DNA of 64,000 bases. Source: Candidatus Colivivens caballi. GTDB lineage: Bacteria > Bacteroidota > Bacteroidia > Bacteroidales > Bacteroidaceae. This document shows positions 8,056 through 18,099 of the stretch, in pieces (the stretch's first letter is position 1; each line of letters begins with the position of its first letter). The position numbers and the translations under genes were made by a program. The stretch spans positions 1,162-65,161 of the forward strand of contig JAGHSZ010000015.1 of assembly GCA_018065565.1 (NCBI GenBank), read 5' to 3'. The notes beneath the pieces were generated by a model. The model did not search any database and was not told the DNA's origin. It was given only the letters and a program-made list of their open reading frames with translations.

Positions 8056-8871
8056 ATGGATCAGGATTTAGTTTCAGTCATAATGCCAACATACAACTCC
8101 AGCAAGTTTCTTGCTGAGAGCATTGACTGTGTTTTGGCTCAGACCTATAAGAATTTGGAACTAATCATAACTGATGACTGCTCAACAGACGGTAAGACAC
8201 AGGAAATCATCCGTTCCTATGCCGAAAAAGATAGTCGTGTAAAAGCATATTTCTTTAAGGAGAACCAGGGGCCAGGTTGTAGCCGAAACAAGTGTATTGA
8301 AATGGCAGCTGGGCGTTACATCGCATTCTGCGACAGTGATGACCGATGGCTGAAAGATAAACTTGAACGGCAGATAAAGTTCCTGAACGAAAAGGACGGT
8401 TGCCTCACATTTTCATCATATTGGGAGTGTAATGAGCAGAACGAAAAAATTGGCATAGTAGTTGCTCCTGAGAAACTGACACTGACAGACTTGAAGCATG
8501 ATAATAAGATTGGCTGCTTGACTGCGCTTTATGACACAACAAAGTTTGGTAAGTATTATATGCCAACAATCCGCAAGCGCCAGGACTGGGCTCTTTTCCT
8601 GACAATCATGAAAGACTGCAAGGTGGCATATGCCATTACCGAACCTCTCGCATATTATCGGTTGACACCAGGTTCTGTTTCTCGCAGCAAATTCAAGTTG
8701 GTGAAATACAATGCCAAAGTATATCAGCAGGTCTTTGGCTATTCTACATTAACCTCTTATGCGTATCTGTTTTTCATGTTTATGCCGTCATACACATATA
8801 AGGTCGTTTCGAATAAAATGAAATTCAGGGAAATCGCATCATCGTTAACGAAAAAGTTTAAGCAAGTTTAA
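8056..8871 (+). CDS. Family 2 glycosyltransferase
   Basis: VSVIMPTYNSSKFLAESIDCVLAQTY...LIITDDCSTD and the DxD motif FCDSDD. The ATG at 8056 is preferred over the longer track ORF (7987). Confidence 0.9.
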   Translation: MDQDLVSVIMPTYNSSKFLAESIDCVLAQTYKNLELIITDDCSTDGKTQEIIRSYAEKDSRVKAYFFKENQGPGCSRNKCIEMAAGRYIAFCDSDDRWLKDKLERQIKFLNEKDGCLTFSSYWECNEQNEKIGIVVAPEKLTLTDLKHDNKIGCLTALYDTTKFGKYYMPTIRKRQDWALFLTIMKDCKVAYAITEPLAYYRLTPGSVSRSKFKLVKYNAKVYQQVFGYSTLTSYAYLFFMFMPSYTYKVVSNKMKFREIASSLTKKFKQV

Positions 8872-9728
8872 TGAATTTGTGCAGATATCAGCATATTAAT
8901 CGCTTTGCGATTGCTGCAGCAGTTTTGTTTGTATTGCTGCTTAGTTGTCTTGTTCTTTTTGCTTATGACAATATAAGCAATCAGTTACCAGACTCTCCGA
9001 AACAGAAATATAGGTTAATATTTAGGGAAGACTTTAATGGCGACACACTCGACCTAAAACATTGGCGCAAGATTCCAAGAAATGTCAAGGTTGCATGGAG
9101 CGCATGTCTTTCTGACCATTCCTCGTTATATGATATTTCTGATGGCCGTTTAAGACTTTATGCTCGTGAGAATACTGGCGTGAATAGTGGGGACACTGCT
9201 AAATATCTGCTTGGTGGGGTAGAGACTAAGAATATGGTTGGGTTTACCTATGGAAAGGTGGAAGTCCGTGCCCGCATGACGGGAGCACAGGGTGTTGTAT
9301 CAGCCATTTGGCTGGTTGCGACTAAGCCTAAACCTTATCCCGACTATATGGAACTTGACATCCTTGAACATATAAATGAAAGAATGACTGCGGATCAGAC
9401 TGTTCATAATAATTACATTGATAAATTGGGATTTAAGGACAAACCACTATATCAGGTAAAGCCTCAGGTCAATTATTTGAAATATAATACATATGCTGTG
9501 GAAGTGCTGCCTGACAGAGTAATATTCAGCATCAATGGTCGTAACACTTTGGTTTATCCTCGCATTGAAACACAGCACGCGGGTCAATTTCCGTTTGGTT
9601 CGGGAGAATTGTTCCTAAGACTTAATATGGAGGCAGGGTACAATAAGTGGCTGCGTGATGTTGATTTGAGCAAGTTCCCCGTGTATATGGACATTGACTG
9701 GGTCAAATTTTATGATGTTGCCCTTTAA
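8871..9728 (+). CDS. Membrane-anchored glycoside hydrolase family 16 (beta-glucanase-like)
   Basis: N-terminal TM helix (FAIAAAVLFVLLLSCLVLFAY) and the GH16 catalytic motif ExDxxE as MELDILEH. The start overlaps the GT2 stop (TAATG). Confidence 0.8.
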   Translation: MNLCRYQHINRFAIAAAVLFVLLLSCLVLFAYDNISNQLPDSPKQKYRLIFREDFNGDTLDLKHWRKIPRNVKVAWSACLSDHSSLYDISDGRLRLYARENTGVNSGDTAKYLLGGVETKNMVGFTYGKVEVRARMTGAQGVVSAIWLVATKPKPYPDYMELDILEHINERMTADQTVHNNYIDKLGFKDKPLYQVKPQVNYLKYNTYAVEVLPDRVIFSINGRNTLVYPRIETQHAGQFPFGSGELFLRLNMEAGYNKWLRDVDLSKFPVYMDIDWVKFYDVAL

Positions 9729-9780
9729 GTCTGTTATTCACATCATTAATGCCAACGAATGATTGATGGGTTGATTGCTG

Positions 9781-10830
9781 TTAAAGGTATTTGGATAACA
9801 CAGCCCATGCAGCATCGTCAGAGTATTTTTTTGCTTCTTCTTGCGCATTGTTTTTCATAAGTTGCAGTGTGTCACGATGCTGATTGATATATTCGATTTT
9901 TTGAGCAAGAGGCTCTGTACAGTTCTCGAATGGCACAATATATCCAGTTATTCCATCATTTACAAATTCATGTGAATATTTCCATTCTGTCACTATAACT
10001 GGAATTCCAGAAATGTATGCATCAAGTATGGTGCCAGGAAACCCTTCCGTATAGTATTGTGTCGGTAGCAGCATGACATCATAGTGACGGAGCCGCTCGT
10101 TAATATGTTTGGGGTCAATTGCTTCACAATAATGTGCATTGTCTTTGTGGCTTGAAATAAGTGACATGAAATCCTTTTTGTCTCGATCATATATCTGCCC
10201 ATAAAAGTCGATGCTTACATCGATGTTTTTGGCTTTTAATATGTCCAGTGCTTTAAATATTGATGCATAGCCTTTCTCTGTGCGTATTCGTGCAAGATAG
10301 ACCAATCGTAAAGTGCCAGAGTTTTCTGTGACTGGTGCTTGATAAAAGAACCGAAAATTCGGAAATACTTCTGAATTTCTGAACCCATAGTGGGTCGTAA
10401 GTTCGTTGTGTACACTAAGCATCTCGGGCAGGTGTGCTTTTATGTTCTTGCAACATTGCATTGCCAATTTGTGTGCTCGATAACCTTGTTTACCTGTGAA
10501 ATACTCAATTTGCCATCCACCAACACAAATGACAATAATCTCGTATCTAAATAGTTTTGAGAGGCAGTATGCCACTGGCAAGAAATAGGCGAGATTGCCT
10601 CGGCATGGAACAAGTAAAAGTGTGTGACAATGGATTAGTCCTGAGAACAATTTAAAGATACCGAGTGGGTGCTTGCGAGTGGACAACGTGTCAAAAAACG
10701 ACACCGTGCCTTGATACTTTACTTGCATCAATTTTAAAATGTTCCGAGTCTTGATTGTCTGTCCGTCGAGCTGATTGTTGCAATAGCCAAATGCGCCGAC
10801 AATAAACACACTTTTCTTTTCGTTTATCAT
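9781..10830 (-). CDS. Glycosyltransferase (GT-B fold, GT4-like)
   Basis: 349 aa with a C-terminal TEGFPGTILDAYISGIPVIVTE motif, in a CPS locus context. Confidence 0.7.
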   Translation of the reverse strand: MINEKKSVFIVGAFGYCNNQLDGQTIKTRNILKLMQVKYQGTVSFFDTLSTRKHPLGIFKLFSGLIHCHTLLLVPCRGNLAYFLPVAYCLSKLFRYEIIVICVGGWQIEYFTGKQGYRAHKLAMQCCKNIKAHLPEMLSVHNELTTHYGFRNSEVFPNFRFFYQAPVTENSGTLRLVYLARIRTEKGYASIFKALDILKAKNIDVSIDFYGQIYDRDKKDFMSLISSHKDNAHYCEAIDPKHINERLRHYDVMLLPTQYYTEGFPGTILDAYISGIPVIVTEWKYSHEFVNDGITGYIVPFENCTEPLAQKIEYINQHRDTLQLMKNNAQEEAKKYSDDAAWAVLSKYL

Positions 10831-10848
10831 GTCAATAGTTCTGATTTT

Positions 10849-12000
10849 TTAGACTGACTTGTTCTCAATCGCTTTTCTGATGGCCTGAATATAGCCGTGA
10901 CCAAACTTTTGGTCTGGTTCAACATAATTGCCTTCTCCCCATTCGTTCCATGCCTTGAGGAACAGAATTTGGTGCTCTGGTTGCTTGTTCTTTAATAAGT
11001 CAATAGCTTCCTCTATTGTTTTTTGGAATTTTTCAGGGGTGCTGTTTACCAATGGGTCTGTATTAACACCAGCTCGAGGCGTACGGTCCCATTGTGGCAT
11101 AAGTGTTGGATAAACATTTTCCCATGCATCTTCTGGAACATAATAATGTTTCATCGCTTGTTCGTAGTCTGTCAGTTGCAGTGTTGGGGCGATGGATTTG
11201 CTGCGTAGGTAGTAGTACAGCATCTTGAATTTGTTGCTGCATAGAATCTTTGCTCGGCTCATACCTGATGAGATTACAGCATCAAAACCTTTGTTGATTA
11301 ACGACTGGTAGATTGTCGCTGCTTGATTTGTTTCCCACAATGAGATTTTACCGTTGGTTCTGTTCTGCCCTGTGCAATTCTGCGTATAGCCAACGAAATG
11401 TATTCCTTCTAACCCATTTTCCTTTGCCATTTTTTGCCATAGTTCAATGAATTGCTCAATATCTGGAAAGTCGAACGGTGCCCATATTCCGAACAAAGGT
11501 TTTCCATCTACCTTTATGTACCGGCTGTCACGGAAGGCGGGAAGCAAATGATTGAAATGCTTGATGTGATCTTCTGTTGAATAGTGCATTTGCATAATTA
11601 TGCCGTCACTCTTCATGCTGTTTCCTTTTTTCCATGTTTTGTTGGTCCAGTTGTGATTTGCCCAGCATAGACAGAAAGGGAGCGTTGGTTTTCCACTTGC
11701 GAGTACTTCGTCGAAAGGTCGTTCAAGCAATTGTTTACCATTGCCGAACCAGTAATGATAATAGCAAAAACCTTCAACTCCTGCTTCGCGAGCCAGTTCT
11801 GCCTGCTGCTCTCTAACTTCGGGCAAACGCAAGTCGTAGAAACCTAAGTCAGCAGGAATATGTGGCTGGTAGTGGCCTTTGAATAATGGCTGCGCTTTGG
11901 CTACATTAATCCATTCGGTGAATCCTTTGCCCCACCATTCGTCGTTTTCCGGAATTGGATGGTATTGTGGCAGATATAATGCTATAACTCTTGTTTTCAT
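10849..12000 (-). CDS. WbsX-like glycosyltransferase / GH99-like domain protein
   Basis: N-terminus VIALYLPQYHPIPENDEWWGKGFTEWINV is characteristic of the Glyco_tran_WbsX family. Confidence 0.7.
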   Translation of the reverse strand: MKTRVIALYLPQYHPIPENDEWWGKGFTEWINVAKAQPLFKGHYQPHIPADLGFYDLRLPEVREQQAELAREAGVEGFCYYHYWFGNGKQLLERPFDEVLASGKPTLPFCLCWANHNWTNKTWKKGNSMKSDGIIMQMHYSTEDHIKHFNHLLPAFRDSRYIKVDGKPLFGIWAPFDFPDIEQFIELWQKMAKENGLEGIHFVGYTQNCTGQNRTNGKISLWETNQAATIYQSLINKGFDAVISSGMSRAKILCSNKFKMLYYYLRSKSIAPTLQLTDYEQAMKHYYVPEDAWENVYPTLMPQWDRTPRAGVNTDPLVNSTPEKFQKTIEEAIDLLKNKQPEHQILFLKAWNEWGEGNYVEPDQKFGHGYIQAIRKAIENKSV

Positions 12001-13154
12001 TATATTTTTGTTTTATATAGATTATATACTGAATTGATATATGATTCATTAGAATATAAATGCGTTACAGCCGAATATGCATCTTTTCGCATTTGCTCGT
12101 AATAATCATTACCATTTTGGTGTACTTCAATCAAATGTTTTGCAAGGCCAGGGATGTTACTGTATCTTAAACCGATTTCTCGTCCGCAATATTCATTCCC
12201 ATTGGTGAATTGCTCGTGCGTTCCACCTGTGTCGTTCCCAATAACTAAGCATTTGTTCCACATGGCTTCTGCCATGCATCTACCAAAACCTTCAAAGTGT
12301 GATGGGATAATTATGGCAGCAGCGTTTGCCATGAGAGACTCAATGTCACTGCGGAGACCTAACATTTTAATCTCGTTTGTGAGTTTGTTTGCCGTGATAT
12401 ATTGCTGTATAGTATCAAAATACTCTTGGCTACCGATGTTTCCAGCAACTAACAGAGGCAGACTGTTTGTTATGCTGTCATGATAGAGCTTATATGCTTG
12501 GACTAATTCCAGTAGTCCTTTCGTCGGTTCTATACGACCTGCGAAGAGATAATAGTCTCGGCTTGTGGATTGAATCAGAGGTTTGGATATGTCGTTAATA
12601 CCATTGTAAACAACCATAGACTTAGGGTCGGATTCCAATCCATAATATCTTTGCAGGTCTTTAGTTATGCAAATGGTATATGATTCTGCCACCTTTTTTA
12701 ATGCGATTTTTCGTGTTGGGAACAAATGTATGTTGAAATCTTTGTCGCCATATTCACGAATGTGAAAAATGTGAGGTAAACTGTTGCGTTTTGCCACATG
12801 ATAGCCTACATTCACCACACTGACATTAGAGTGAACTATGTTGATGTTTTTATTCTTTATCCATCTATCAACTTTGAAGATTGCAAGATGAATAGTGACA
12901 AGCCGTGCTATTAAACGAGGTATAAATAGGATGCGGTTTTTGAGATTGTCAAAATGTGGATACGCATTTGCCCTATAATTCGTGACAAGTACCTCGCATC
13001 CCATGTCTTCAAGTTCATTGCGGAGCGGACCGTCTTCTGGCATGACAATGTAGGGCTTCACTTCCCTTGCAATCAAACCTTGAAGTAATATCTTCAATGA
13101 CTTAGATGCACCACTGAACTGGGCATTGGAATTGAGAATGTAAAGTATATTCAT
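12000..13154 (-). CDS. Family 4 (GT-B) glycosyltransferase
   Basis: E-x7-E motif EGFGRCMAEAM. There is a 1-nt overlap with the downstream gene and a 4-nt overlap with the upstream gene. Confidence 0.85.
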   Translation of the reverse strand: MNILYILNSNAQFSGASKSLKILLQGLIAREVKPYIVMPEDGPLRNELEDMGCEVLVTNYRANAYPHFDNLKNRILFIPRLIARLVTIHLAIFKVDRWIKNKNINIVHSNVSVVNVGYHVAKRNSLPHIFHIREYGDKDFNIHLFPTRKIALKKVAESYTICITKDLQRYYGLESDPKSMVVYNGINDISKPLIQSTSRDYYLFAGRIEPTKGLLELVQAYKLYHDSITNSLPLLVAGNIGSQEYFDTIQQYITANKLTNEIKMLGLRSDIESLMANAAAIIIPSHFEGFGRCMAEAMWNKCLVIGNDTGGTHEQFTNGNEYCGREIGLRYSNIPGLAKHLIEVHQNGNDYYEQMRKDAYSAVTHLYSNESYINSVYNLYKTKI

Positions 13155-14335
13155 GATAGCCCCTCCTTGACTTTTATGTTTTGTTTAGAATAGTCGTTAT
13201 AATAGTAAACAAGCATAAACATATATATAACATAGAAGTATGGATAAACTTCCATCGTCATCATTAGTGACATGATTACAATGCCAAATACGATGGTTGA
13301 TAACTCATTGCTCATGTTCTTGCGAATGTCTTTCAAACTCATATAGCAGAATATGGCAAAAAGGATCAATAGTACAACTCCTCCGTTGATCAAGACCTGA
13401 AGCAAAAAGTTGTGAGGACCAACGGCACTTGATTCCATGCGTGTTACATACCAATCGGTGTCAACATATCCCCACCCAATGAGTGGTGAATCAGAAAACG
13501 CCCTAAGTGATGCATCCCACATTGATGTTCGATTTGTGAAAGTGAGGTCTTTTTCGAAGACATCTTGTACAATATATACAATTACAGGATTGTTCTCGAC
13601 TCCTTTGCCACTGAACACAACGAACACTTGGAATATAAGAACAAAGATGCTGATGCAAACGGATGCGAGGACTTTGAGCGCTGATGATGGAATGCATGCA
13701 AGTACAATAAACAGTATGATACAGGCTAATGATGTTGTTGATGACACAAGAGATACACTTGTGACAGAAATGATTGTTAAAGGAATCAGGTTTATCAACC
13801 ATAGTTTAGAATATCTGACACACACTATTCCTGTAACTATTGCACATAACATTCTGCCACCCATCTGGTTGTAATTTCCTCCAAGTAAGTAGCCGGAAAC
13901 TTCTTTCTCTGTTTCAACCAGCCATGTAGGGTTCATGAGCATATATGCAAAATTCAGATAAATGGCAAATGACAATGCTATGAATGCCACCGTGATGACC
14001 ATCTTGCAGTTTTGCCGATAATATCGAAACATCATCATTAATAGCAATGACTCAGTTGACTTATAGAATGCGTCTTTAACGGATGTGCTATTGATGAAGG
14101 TGGAACCAATGATAGATAAAAAAAACAAGATAATCACACCGTCGTACCATGTAACTTCATTGTTGCGAAAGTATAAATTGATAATCAATATAAGACTTAA
14201 TATCTCTATGCCAAGGCATGCATATGATACCATTTGAAAACTGCTTACCGCTGAAAATGTAATAGCAGTGTTGACAAATAGTATAAACAATATGATTGCC
14301 GGAAGAAGAGTCGATTTTTTTAAGTCTATTAGCAT
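13151..14335 (-). CDS. wzy: O-antigen/CPS repeat-unit polymerase (Wzy-like, O-antigen ligase family)
   Basis: 394-aa protein with about 10 TM segments and a periplasmic loop TNRTSMWDASLRAFSDSPLIGWGY. It sits between the GT genes and wzx. Confidence 0.7.
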   Translation of the reverse strand: MLIDLKKSTLLPAIILFILFVNTAITFSAVSSFQMVSYACLGIEILSLILIINLYFRNNEVTWYDGVIILFFLSIIGSTFINSTSVKDAFYKSTESLLLMMMFRYYRQNCKMVITVAFIALSFAIYLNFAYMLMNPTWLVETEKEVSGYLLGGNYNQMGGRMLCAIVTGIVCVRYSKLWLINLIPLTIISVTSVSLVSSTTSLACIILFIVLACIPSSALKVLASVCISIFVLIFQVFVVFSGKGVENNPVIVYIVQDVFEKDLTFTNRTSMWDASLRAFSDSPLIGWGYVDTDWYVTRMESSAVGPHNFLLQVLINGGVVLLILFAIFCYMSLKDIRKNMSNELSTIVFGIVIMSLMMTMEVYPYFYVIYMFMLVYYYNDYSKQNIKVKEGLS

Positions 14336-14399
14336 GATTCATCCATTGTTTACTAAATTGTAGTTTTACTTTAATAACATTTGTTGTGACGAAATCACA

Positions 14400-14525
14400 C
14401 TACACCCCTGCGTAAGAAAGCAACTGCATGCCATCCATTGCTGATAGTATTTGTGATGAATAGACAAACAGTACGAATGTAAGGCATGCTGGTAAGAATG
14501 AAAAGTTCTTTACTTCTATCAACAT
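14400..14525 (-). pseudogene. Remnant of the 5' end of a second wzy-like gene (41 codons, then a stop)
   Basis: MLIEVKNFSFLPACLTFVLFVYSSQILSAMDGMQLLSYAGV aligns with the N-terminus of the adjacent Wzy (MLIDLKKSTLLPAIILFILFVNTAITFSAVSSFQMVSYACLG). Confidence 0.4.
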
Positions 14526-14537
14526 ATTTGTGTTTCG

Positions 14538-15431
14538 TTATTTGTTCAGTATGACTAAATTGCCCAATTGATTGAGAAAATCATCAGTATAGCTGGTCAT
14601 AAATCCCGCAGCAGAGGTAAAGGTCATTTCTCCGAAATACGGTTTGCCATCTACTTCATAAAAGTCAATGCGTACTTGCGGGAAACCTTGGGACAGGGCA
14701 GAAGCCGCTTGTAGCATTTGTGACAATGAGGCAGGTCGTGGCATGTTGGGAATGTTCGTTGACTGGAATTCTTTTTTCATAAATTCTGGGTGATACTGCC
14801 AGCTGCTGTCGAATATTCCCTTCTCTGTACCTGATGATGACCTGTTAGCACATACCAGAATATATGATGTCTGCCCATTGAAACACCATATTTTGTAATC
14901 AATAAGCGATGACGACTTTGTACTTTGTCTTGACGCATCAAGCAATTGTTCTGCAATGAGACATGGCTTGATTTTATTGTAGTGTGGTTCTGCCAACTTA
15001 TTCCCGAACTTTTTCTTTAATACCTGGTTGTATTTCTGAGTCAGCGTGGGGATGTCCAACTTTGATTTGTCATTGCACAGAAGGATGTCACCACTGCCGT
15101 TGTTGGCTTTTAACACAAATTGTTCTGGAAGTTCGTCCCATTTGATGTCATCTGCTGAATCCCATTTGCCATAAAGTGGTACAAGCATGTCGCCGTATCC
15201 ACATGACTTGATGTATTCGCGAACTTGGTATTTGTCAGATAGCTCGGTCCATTGAGTAGTGTCAGAGTAGAACTTTAACCAGTTGATCTTTTCGTTAATG
15301 CTCTTGGGATTTTTCCAGTTGATTGGTTTGTGAAATTTCTGGCGATATAGGCGAGCAGCAAACAATCGCATTGAGATGATTCTCAATGTGGCGTTTATTA
15401 TATCGTTTATGTTGGAAGTAATGTTTGACAC
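14538..15431 (-). CDS. TupA-like ATP-grasp protein (polysaccharide amino-acid/acid decoration)
   Basis: The N-terminal pattern PKSINEKINWLKFYSDTTQWTELSDKYQVREYI and the ~300-aa size fit the ATPgrasp_TupA family common in CPS loci. Confidence 0.65.
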   Translation of the reverse strand: MSNITSNINDIINATLRIISMRLFAARLYRQKFHKPINWKNPKSINEKINWLKFYSDTTQWTELSDKYQVREYIKSCGYGDMLVPLYGKWDSADDIKWDELPEQFVLKANNGSGDILLCNDKSKLDIPTLTQKYNQVLKKKFGNKLAEPHYNKIKPCLIAEQLLDASRQSTKSSSLIDYKIWCFNGQTSYILVCANRSSSGTEKGIFDSSWQYHPEFMKKEFQSTNIPNMPRPASLSQMLQAASALSQGFPQVRIDFYEVDGKPYFGEMTFTSAAGFMTSYTDDFLNQLGNLVILNK

Positions 15432-15437
15432 AATCGG

Positions 15438-16964
15438 TTATTTGTTTTTATGTAAGAACTTGTTAATTATTCCCATTGCAAATTCTTGCTCTGACTTGGT
15501 GAATGTTGCATACCATATGACAATTGCTGATATGATGATTGATATGGGTATTGACACAAGGAACCGGCAAGGCATTTGTATGAAATGGGTGAATAACAGT
15601 CCTGTGACGATTAATGAAATTGCAGGCAGAGCAAGTGGTTTATGTACGCTGTTGATGAAATGCATGATGGAGAGCCCTGCGGTGTACTTGAGCATTGGCA
15701 GACGGATGATGGCGCAAAGTGCCTCCATTGACACATAGCAAGTCATTACGACCAATAGTGGATAGTGGCTGTGAAGGCAGAACCAGATGATTGGCAACGA
15801 CAGTACTTTTGTTGTATTGACGATAAGTGAATAGTTGCGAATCTTTCCAATGGCTTGATTAGCTGAACCGAGTCCGATGGTGCTTTGGTCCACGATGGCA
15901 CTGATGAGTATTGCCCGGCAGAACAGCACCGAATTCTCAGGCACTTCCTTTAGCCACCATTCCATGATTCCTGGGATTTCGATGATTAGTGGAATGGCTA
16001 TCATCATCAGCAACATGGTTGCAAATTTGCTGGTAACCTCTGACAGACGAAGCATTTCCTGACGCTCGTTGCGCCCTTCTGCCTTTACTATTTGTGGATT
16101 CATGGCATTGAGCACAGCCTGAGCCAGGAACTTGATTTGTCCAGATACTTGCATCGCAATGCCATATGCCGAATTGATGACTGTTCCGAATGAAAGGTTC
16201 AGCAGAACTTGCATGCCTTGGTCGCGTCCAATAATGCAGCCTGCACTGTATATTGTCCAACCGGCAAAACCTGTAAGTTGCTTTAAACTGTCACGGTTAA
16301 TATCTCCTTTTTGGATGTGTATTGAGCATTCTGGAAAACGAATCAGTGCATACAGTGCATATGCAAGTAAATCCATCACTTGCAAGGTAATCATCAGTGA
16401 TGCATAGAAGTAGAGTTTGTCGTTTTCGGTGCAAACAAGCATCAGTGCAATGATCAACTTGAGGATTGCATTGCATACTTCGATGATTGAAATGTAAACT
16501 ATGTTTTCTCTTGCAATGAACAGTGCCTTGAAGGGGGAGGTGATAATGGATACAAACAACATGGCAATGGCCATCACATAGACATGTAATGCAACTTCAT
16601 GGCGTTCTGGTGCAATTTCCAGTCCGTTGATGATTGGCTCGCGGAATAAAATCAGCACGACTGCAACCAGCAGTCCCATCACAATGTGTAAGAACATGCT
16701 GTTCTTGAAAATCAGTGTTACTTGTGAACTGATGCCTTTGCCAAAATAGTATGAGATGTATCTTTGTGTGGTAACAACCATTGCGTTGGTAAGAAACCCG
16801 AGCATAGCTATTACGCCGGCAACCAATGAGTAGATGCCATAGTCTGACTGACCAAGGGCATCAAGAACCAAGCGGGTCGAGTACAGGGTGATGCATACGC
16901 TGATAATAGCCCTTATGTGCTGGGCCATTGTATTAATCATCGCTCTTTTTGCTTGTGTACTCAT
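15438..16964 (-). CDS. wzx: Polysaccharide flippase (Wzx, MOP superfamily)
   Basis: 508-aa protein with about 12-14 TM segments, next to wzz and wzy. Confidence 0.8.
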   Translation of the reverse strand: MSTQAKRAMINTMAQHIRAIISVCITLYSTRLVLDALGQSDYGIYSLVAGVIAMLGFLTNAMVVTTQRYISYYFGKGISSQVTLIFKNSMFLHIVMGLLVAVVLILFREPIINGLEIAPERHEVALHVYVMAIAMLFVSIITSPFKALFIARENIVYISIIEVCNAILKLIIALMLVCTENDKLYFYASLMITLQVMDLLAYALYALIRFPECSIHIQKGDINRDSLKQLTGFAGWTIYSAGCIIGRDQGMQVLLNLSFGTVINSAYGIAMQVSGQIKFLAQAVLNAMNPQIVKAEGRNERQEMLRLSEVTSKFATMLLMMIAIPLIIEIPGIMEWWLKEVPENSVLFCRAILISAIVDQSTIGLGSANQAIGKIRNYSLIVNTTKVLSLPIIWFCLHSHYPLLVVMTCYVSMEALCAIIRLPMLKYTAGLSIMHFINSVHKPLALPAISLIVTGLLFTHFIQMPCRFLVSIPISIIISAIVIWYATFTKSEQEFAMGIINKFLHKNK

Positions 16965-17010
16965 TGATGGAATGCGTTTATGGTATTAATGCAAAACTGT
17001 GGGCAGGAGA

Positions 17011-18090
17011 TTATTGCTCACGGTCATTTGGGACAGAGACAAAAATGTCTTTTCTTATGTAAATGGCAGATATGATGATGAATGCCATGAACATCATACC
17101 AATTACAAATATCATACGCTTTGGACCTGCCGCTTTGATTGGCACAGATGCGCTTTGCAGTGTGGTGAATGCAGGTGTAGATTCTTGTATCTTGGCCTTT
17201 GCCGCTTGTAATTGTGTGTTAAGGGCATTGTAGGTGTTGAATTTCACCTGCATGTCGTTTTCCAGATTGTCGCGTTCTGAAATATAGGCTTGCAGTATGA
17301 TGTCGCGGTGATTGTCGCAGTAACGAGAATAAATTTCAGATGCTTTTTCGTAGTCAGTTAATGCATTTTCTGTTAGCTTCTTGTAGTATTCGTAGTCGCA
17401 ACGAGTCTTGCTTGTACGGTATTCTGTAATGAATTCCTGCAAGCGCTGGCGAACTGAATCGGCGAGAGTAGCGCAAATCAGTGGGTCTTGGTCTTTAACT
17501 GATATGGTGATGACCTCGGTCTTCTTATCAATGGAACATTGAATGTTGCTCTTGACCGATGACACCAGTGCTGTTTGAGTTTCTGTCAACATGAATGGGT
17601 CGATGCCATTTCCAGATTTTCCAGTAGCGCCGGGTCTTGATGGTGCTTTCTGCTTAAACAGACGCTTAAACCATCTGATGGCCGGTTGCCATGGAGCAGA
17701 CTTCTGATGTTTTGCAAGATAATCGTAGTAATTTGTCTTGACAGAACCATCGATAGTCTCAACCTCTATGTTAAAGAGTTTGACAATGAAGTCATTTGAC
17801 TCAAACAAATCAGGGTACAACATTGGATAAATTGCATCAGATGTTTCCTGCTCTCCGATATTGACTCCAAACGAAGAGGCTATTGATGCCAATGCTCCAT
17901 TAGTGGAACCGCTGACTTCTGGCGCAAGCATTACTTCGCTTTTATAGTAGCGTGGAACTTGCACAATGATGATTGCCGAAAGAATGCCTACACCAATGGT
18001 ATAAAGAAGAATGTTTCTTTTCTTTTGAAGCAGTTTCTTGACGATGCGTGACAGGTCAATGAGGTCATGCCTATTTTGTTCATTTGTCAT
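17011..18090 (-). CDS. wzz: Chain-length determinant protein (Wzz family)
   Basis: N-terminal TM followed by a Wzz-like segment (IDLSRIVKKLL...VPRYYKSEVMLAPE), a coiled-coil middle region and a C-terminal TM. Confidence 0.75.
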   Translation of the reverse strand: MTNEQNRHDLIDLSRIVKKLLQKKRNILLYTIGVGILSAIIIVQVPRYYKSEVMLAPEVSGSTNGALASIASSFGVNIGEQETSDAIYPMLYPDLFESNDFIVKLFNIEVETIDGSVKTNYYDYLAKHQKSAPWQPAIRWFKRLFKQKAPSRPGATGKSGNGIDPFMLTETQTALVSSVKSNIQCSIDKKTEVITISVKDQDPLICATLADSVRQRLQEFITEYRTSKTRCDYEYYKKLTENALTDYEKASEIYSRYCDNHRDIILQAYISERDNLENDMQVKFNTYNALNTQLQAAKAKIQESTPAFTTLQSASVPIKAAGPKRMIFVIGMMFMAFIIISAIYIRKDIFVSVPNDREQ

Positions 18091-18099
18091 AAATGTGCA

